A stretch of 64,000 nucleotides of DNA from Candidatus Iainarchaeum sp. Lineage in GTDB: Archaea; Iainarchaeota; Iainarchaeia; Iainarchaeales; UBA10219. Below, in pieces: positions 59,311 to 64,000 of the stretch. Numbering within the stretch: the first letter of the stretch is position 1; each line of letters starts with the position of its first letter. The notes under the pieces were generated by a model, which was not told where the DNA came from, searched no databases, and worked only from the letters and a program-made list of their open reading frames with translations. Where the stretch lies: positions 96,001-160,000 of the forward strand of contig JAGVWE010000005.1 in assembly GCA_018304425.1 (NCBI GenBank). The letters run 5' to 3'. Both the position numbers and the translations under genes were made by a program.

Positions 59311-59487
59311 TGCGACCTTGTCTCCCCCTGGGAGACGAGGCCCCGAAGACAAAGTCTTCGGGGAAATGCCCTGTGCATTGCACAGGGCTGGCTCGGCCTT
59401 TCGGCCTCGCATCTGGGCAGCCGTTGCCCAGACTGCAAGATAACTGAAACCAAAGGAATTTATTAAGGGTTAACATTAATATAAAGC

Positions 59488-62400
59488 ATGCCGGATGGAG
59501 AGGGGAAGGACGCGGTAGCCGCTGGTTCGGGGGAGAAGCCCAGGCCCTTGGGGGCAGGGGAGCGGGTGGTGAAGCTCAAGGCCGCGCCGAAGACCGACCT
59601 CTTTGAAGAGGTCTTGACCGGGAAAAGCCATGAAGAGCAGTCCCTGGACGAGCTCTCGGAGGCCGAGGAAAAGAGGGCCCAGGAAGCCGAGAAAACCGTG
59701 GCCACCAAGCCGGGCAGCGGGGCTGCGCCGGTGGCGGGGGCGGAAATGCCGGCGCCTGTTCAGGCTCGCCGCGGGAGCCCTCGGAAGGCTGCCCCTAAAA
59801 TCAGGGTACGCAAGAAGGGGGTTGAAGAAGCCGGGGCCGGCGTTGCGTCGAGTGAGGGCGGGGACGACGATGACGAGGAAGACGAGCCAGGGGAACCGAA
59901 GCCGCCCCTGGACATCGAGGAAGGCGATGACTTAAGTGCCGGCGACTGGAATGACTTGTTCAAGGAGGGAGACACCCGGGAGGAAGGCATCAAGGCGGCG
60001 CAGGCCCTGCCGGAGGCAGGGGCCGGGGAAGCGGGGTCTTCGGCGGGCGAAGAAGGACCGGTGGAGGCAAAAACCCCGCAGCCCAGCAAGGAGGAAATCC
60101 GCAGGGAGTTGATTGCCAGGACCGTTGCGGCCGGCCAAGGGGATTTGACTCCCTTGAAGGAGGGGTTGCCGCTCAAGTTCTTGGAGGACCCGGAGAAGGG
60201 CAACGTGTTCATTGGCCGCAAGAAAAACATTTGGAAGAAGTACGGGTATGAGGGCGCGTTGCTGGTTGGAAAGGTAGTGGAAGAAGAGTTCAAGGAACGG
60301 CACGTCTACTTGGACTCGTTGAACCCGCACGTGGTGTTCGTTTGCGGGGCCCGGGGTTCGGGTAAATCGTATATCATGGGGGTCATGGCCGAGGAACTCG
60401 CGCGCAAGAACAAGAACGTGGGAACGGTGGTCATTGACCCGGTTGGCGTGTTTTGGAGCATGAAGTACCCGAATAAGGAGGAAAAGGAGCTCGCGTTGAT
60501 GCCGGACTGGGGCTTGCAGCCGGAGGGCCTGGACAGCTTGCGCGTGTTCATCCCAGAGGGCATCAAGAGCCAGACGCCTAAGGAGACCTATGACGCTACC
60601 TTCACCATGCAGCCCAGCCTCTTGACTTCGGATGACTGGTGCCTGACCTACGGCATTGACCGGTTCAGCCCCACGGGCCTCTTACTGGAAAAGACGCTGA
60701 AGAAAGTCGAGTTGGGGTATGAGAACCTGGATGGCAAGAAGTTCCCAGCCCGCAGGCGGTCTTATTCCCTGGATGACCTCATTGCCTGCCTGGAAACGGA
60801 TGCGGAATTGAATTCGAGGGACAAGGGGTACAAGCAGGACTCCATTCGTGCCCTGGTTTCCCGATTTGAGGCCGCCAAGAACTGGGGGATTTTCAGTGAT
60901 AGGGGCACGCCCTTGGTGGAAATCAGCAAGGAAGGCCAGTTAACGGTCATTGACACGAGTTTCCTGGACGACAATGTCACGGCCCTGGTCATCGGGATAC
61001 TGGCGAGGAGGCTGTTGGCGGCCAGGAAGCTGTCCACGCGGAAGGAGGCCGCCAAGAAGTTCCAGGAAGAGGAGGGGGTTGACGTCCTGGAAACGGATAT
61101 TCCGCCTACCTGGCTGTTCATCGACGAGGCGCACACCCTTATCCCGAGTGGCAACGTCAAGACCCCGGCCACGCATGCCCTGGTCGAGTACGTGAAGCAG
61201 GGGCGTCGACCGGGTTGTTCCCTGGTGTTTGCCACGCAGCAGCCTTCGGCCATTGACACCAAGGTGTTGAGCCAATTGGATGTGATGGTCACCCACAAGC
61301 TGGTGTTCGACGACGACATCAAGGCCATTTACAAGCGCAGCCCGACCATCGTGCCCTTTAAGTACAAGAAGCCGAGTTTCGTGAAGACCCTGCCGATTGG
61401 CACGGCGCTGGTGGGGGATCGGACGGAGGAAACGAGCCGCGCCTTCATCATGAAAATCAGGCCCCGGTTGTCCCAGCACGAGGGCCGTGAGGCGGAGACC
61501 ACGGAGCGTTCCGTGGAGTTGGGGGCCAAGCAGGTGGAGCAGTTGGCGGTGAGCATGTTGTTGCGCCGCCTGGAAGAAGAGGGCGAGACCAGCATCGAGA
61601 CCGTGGAGAAGAGCGTGCAGGTGCTTAACCAGAAGTACAAGAGCACAGCCGACGCGGAGAACGTGCTCGCGATGCTGAAGCGGCATGGACTTGTAGTGGA
61701 CGAGGAGTTCGTGCGGTTGAAGGAGTACGTGGAGAAGGAAGAGGGAACCGGGAAACCGGCGGCAGCCAAAGCCGGCGAGGAAAGCCCCGTGGAAGCGGAA
61801 GAAGAAAAGGAGGCCGAGGAAGAGGCCCAGGAAACGGCGGGGGAGGAAAAACAGGGGAAACCCGTCCCCGAAGCCGTGGAAGCGGGCTTCGGCGGGCAGA
61901 CCGAGTTGCTGGCCTTGCCTGCCCGCGTGAACCAGCAGGCGGCGCAGCGCGTGGTGGATGGCCTGCGGCACAGGAAAGTCCTGGGCTTGCTGGGCAGCGA
62001 GGAAGTCATCGAGGACCTGCAATTGAAGTATGTCACGATTTGGCGCGTCAAATACGATGTCTACAACCAGCGCAAGGAATTCATTGCCCGGGAATGCTTC
62101 GTTAATTCCATGAGCGGGGAATTCATCCACTTCTTGAAGGACCGGTTCGTGGAAAGCAAGGGCTTGAAGGAAGTGTACGAGTTGGGCGAGGACGAAATCC
62201 AGTTCGTGCGCCTGCTGGGCCGCAAGGAGATGTCCTTACAGGAAATCGTGAAGCACACGCTGTTGGACGAGAAAAAAGTCCGCCCCGTCCTCGACAAGCT
62301 GCACTTCAAACGGTTGCTGGGCAAGACCAAGAAGAACAACGAACTCCATTACTGGCTGTTGAAGGAGTTTGACTTGCCGCCCCATGAAAGGCACGACCTC

Positions 62401-62625
62401 CTGCAGTCCATCCGGAACCTGCCGTTCGTGCGCGCGGAGGCCCTGGCCAAGGAACGCGAAATCTACGGCCGGAAGGAAATCCCCGAGGTCCTGGGCAAGC
62501 TATGGAAAAACATTCTGGTGCACAAAATCGAGGAACTCCACTGGCCCATCTGGCAGGCCACGTTGAAGGAAGGCCAGCGCACCCGCAAGGTCGGCATCGA
62601 CGCAGTTACCGGGAAAGCGGTTTAG
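59488..62625 (+). CDS. HerA/DUF87-family P-loop ATPase with long acidic N-terminus and C-terminal accessory domains
   Basis: PHVVFVCGARGSGKS, IDPVG, FIDEAH, GRRPG..ATQQPS. Confidence 0.85.
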   Translation: MPDGEGKDAVAAGSGEKPRPLGAGERVVKLKAAPKTDLFEEVLTGKSHEEQSLDELSEAEEKRAQEAEKTVATKPGSGAAPVAGAEMPAPVQARRGSPRKAAPKIRVRKKGVEEAGAGVASSEGGDDDDEEDEPGEPKPPLDIEEGDDLSAGDWNDLFKEGDTREEGIKAAQALPEAGAGEAGSSAGEEGPVEAKTPQPSKEEIRRELIARTVAAGQGDLTPLKEGLPLKFLEDPEKGNVFIGRKKNIWKKYGYEGALLVGKVVEEEFKERHVYLDSLNPHVVFVCGARGSGKSYIMGVMAEELARKNKNVGTVVIDPVGVFWSMKYPNKEEKELALMPDWGLQPEGLDSLRVFIPEGIKSQTPKETYDATFTMQPSLLTSDDWCLTYGIDRFSPTGLLLEKTLKKVELGYENLDGKKFPARRRSYSLDDLIACLETDAELNSRDKGYKQDSIRALVSRFEAAKNWGIFSDRGTPLVEISKEGQLTVIDTSFLDDNVTALVIGILARRLLAARKLSTRKEAAKKFQEEEGVDVLETDIPPTWLFIDEAHTLIPSGNVKTPATHALVEYVKQGRRPGCSLVFATQQPSAIDTKVLSQLDVMVTHKLVFDDDIKAIYKRSPTIVPFKYKKPSFVKTLPIGTALVGDRTEETSRAFIMKIRPRLSQHEGREAETTERSVELGAKQVEQLAVSMLLRRLEEEGETSIETVEKSVQVLNQKYKSTADAENVLAMLKRHGLVVDEEFVRLKEYVEKEEGTGKPAAAKAGEESPVEAEEEKEAEEEAQETAGEEKQGKPVPEAVEAGFGGQTELLALPARVNQQAAQRVVDGLRHRKVLGLLGSEEVIEDLQLKYVTIWRVKYDVYNQRKEFIARECFVNSMSGEFIHFLKDRFVESKGLKEVYELGEDEIQFVRLLGRKEMSLQEIVKHTLLDEKKVRPVLDKLHFKRLLGKTKKNNELHYWLLKEFDLPPHERHDLLQSIRNLPFVRAEALAKEREIYGRKEIPEVLGKLWKNILVHKIEELHWPIWQATLKEGQRTRKVGIDAVTGKAV

Positions 62626-63350
62626 GCCTTTCCCTTGGCGTCCCTGGCCTTGAGTTCGACCCTGGCCTTGTCCACTACCTGGGCTTGGGTAACGCCTTTG
62701 ACGAGCTTGTCCGCGGGCAGGAAGCCCTGGATGCTTTGCGCCGTGACCCAGGTGTGCGCCCCGACCAGGGTACCGGGAGAGGTAACGACGTTCGCACCGA
62801 GCCGGGCGTAGTCGCCGAGAATGCAGCCGAACTTGTCCGAACCCGTGGAAAGTTTCTCGCCCCTGATTTTCACCTGCACGACCTGCTGGTCAAAGCGCCG
62901 GTTGCCAAGGATGGTGCCGGAACCGATACGCGTCCCTTGTCCAAGGACGCTGTCGCCGACGAAGCAGTTGGTGCCGATTTTCGCGCCGTTGAAGAGGAGG
63001 GCGTTCTTCATCTCGACGCCCTTGCCGATGACGCAGCCGTTGCCGATGACGGTCACGGGCCGAATCCAGACGTGGGGGCGGATGGTGACGTTCTCGCCGA
63101 TGATGCACGGCCCCTCGATGACGGTGAAGGGCTCGACTACCGTGCCCTTGCCGATGACGACGTTGCCCTTGATGACGACAGTTGGGTGGACTTCGCCCTC
63201 GATGCGGGAAGCGCCAGGGTTGACCAGGGAATTCTTGCCTTCCACCATTTCCCAGGGGTGCCTGAATTTCTTCAACTCCTGGAGGGGGCAGGCGGAAAAG
63301 TCTTCGAAGTAGTAGTCGAGGCCCCCTTCCTTCAAAACTTTTGGGTTCAT
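62622..63350 (-). CDS. Left-handed beta-helix acetyltransferase (GlmU C-terminal-like)
   Basis: Hexapeptide repeats, VGDSVLG..IGSGT..N.RFD, KFG.ILGD; downstream of glmM. Confidence 0.85.
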   Translation of the reverse strand: MNPKVLKEGGLDYYFEDFSACPLQELKKFRHPWEMVEGKNSLVNPGASRIEGEVHPTVVIKGNVVIGKGTVVEPFTVIEGPCIIGENVTIRPHVWIRPVTVIGNGCVIGKGVEMKNALLFNGAKIGTNCFVGDSVLGQGTRIGSGTILGNRRFDQQVVQVKIRGEKLSTGSDKFGCILGDYARLGANVVTSPGTLVGAHTWVTAQSIQGFLPADKLVKGVTQAQVVDKARVELKARDAKGKA

Positions 63351-64000
63351 GCACCAATCACCTTCCGGATTTCCGATGCAATGGACTGCGCAAGCTTACT
63401 TATTTCGGTTTGGTGCTTGCCTTCAATCATGACGCGCGCCAGGTTCTCGGTGCCCGAGTAGCGGACCAGTACGCGGCCCTCGGAGCCCAGCTTGCCCTCT
63501 ACATAATGGATTCTTTCCTGCACGCCCTCCATGGCCTCGAAGGGCCGTTTTTCCCTGACCTTGAGGTTGACCAGCACCTGGGGATAGGCTTTCATGCACC
63601 GTGCCAGCCGGGAGAGGGGCTGCCGCTTTTCGCACAGGAGCCGCAGCAACTGGAGGCCCGTGATGATGCCGTCCCCGGTGGTCGAGTACTCGTGGAACAC
63701 GAGGTGCCCGGATTGCTCGCCGCCAAGCACGAAACCGCCCCTGCGCATCTCGTCAATGACGTACTTGTCTCCCACTTGCGTGACCTTGACCTGGAGGCCT
63801 GCCTGCCTCATGGCCTCGTGGAAGCCCAGGTTGGCCATGACGGTTGAGACCACGGTGTCGCGGGCCAGCTTGCCCTTGGCCTTCAAGTCCAGGGCCATGA
63901 GCGCGAGTAAATGATCGCCGTCCACCAGTTTTCCCTTTTCGTCGCAGACGATGATGCGGTCGGCGTCCCCGTCCAGGGCAATGCCCAAGTCGGCTTTCTG
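63347..64000 (-). CDS. glmM: Phosphoglucosamine mutase (5' part outside the window)
   Basis: DGDADR, VGDKYV, GGEQSGH, RYSGTE. Confidence 0.93.
   Translation of the reverse strand, partial: QKADLGIALDGDADRIIVCDEKGKLVDGDHLLALMALDLKAKGKLARDTVVSTVMANLGFHEAMRQAGLQVKVTQVGDKYVIDEMRRGGFVLGGEQSGHLVFHEYSTTGDGIITGLQLLRLLCEKRQPLSRLARCMKAYPQVLVNLKVREKRPFEAMEGVQERIHYVEGKLGSEGRVLVRYSGTENLARVMIEGKHQTEISKLAQSIASEIRKVIGA

Overview
Chromosomal window of a GC-rich archaeon, most consistent with a DPANN lineage such as Iainarchaeota/Diapherotrites. This is inferred from the very divergent archaeal rRNA, archaeal FEN1/L40e/L41e/DGGGP synthase and compact gene packing. It holds housekeeping genes (ftsZ, fen, folC, pcm, ppsA, pyk, alaS, leuS, argS, nth, guaA, rpe, glmM), a 16S-tRNA(Ala)-23S operon with no linked 5S, SRP and RNase P RNAs, and 8 tRNAs, one with a 95-nt BHB intron. 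Most notable: (1) a relaxase-less, apparently domesticated four-gene T4SS-like operon (VirB2-like pilin, surface protein, VirB6-like, PrgI/VirB3-VirB4 fusion); (2) dispersed Arg-rich orphan enzymes (three tandem TraB/TIKI-like paralogs, two HExxH proteins, an alpha/beta hydrolase, a methyltransferase) that could be its substrates; (3) a two-hairpin repeat family seen only beside or inside stable-RNA genes, including the tRNA intron; (4) three unassigned structured ncRNA candidates; (5) a stand-alone RelA/SpoT synthetase domain and a Pyr4/PaxB-like membrane cyclase; (6) substitutions in the ribosomal functional centres and ~40-nt rRNA gaps that are probably assembly artefacts. All family calls come from motif recognition by eye, not from searches.
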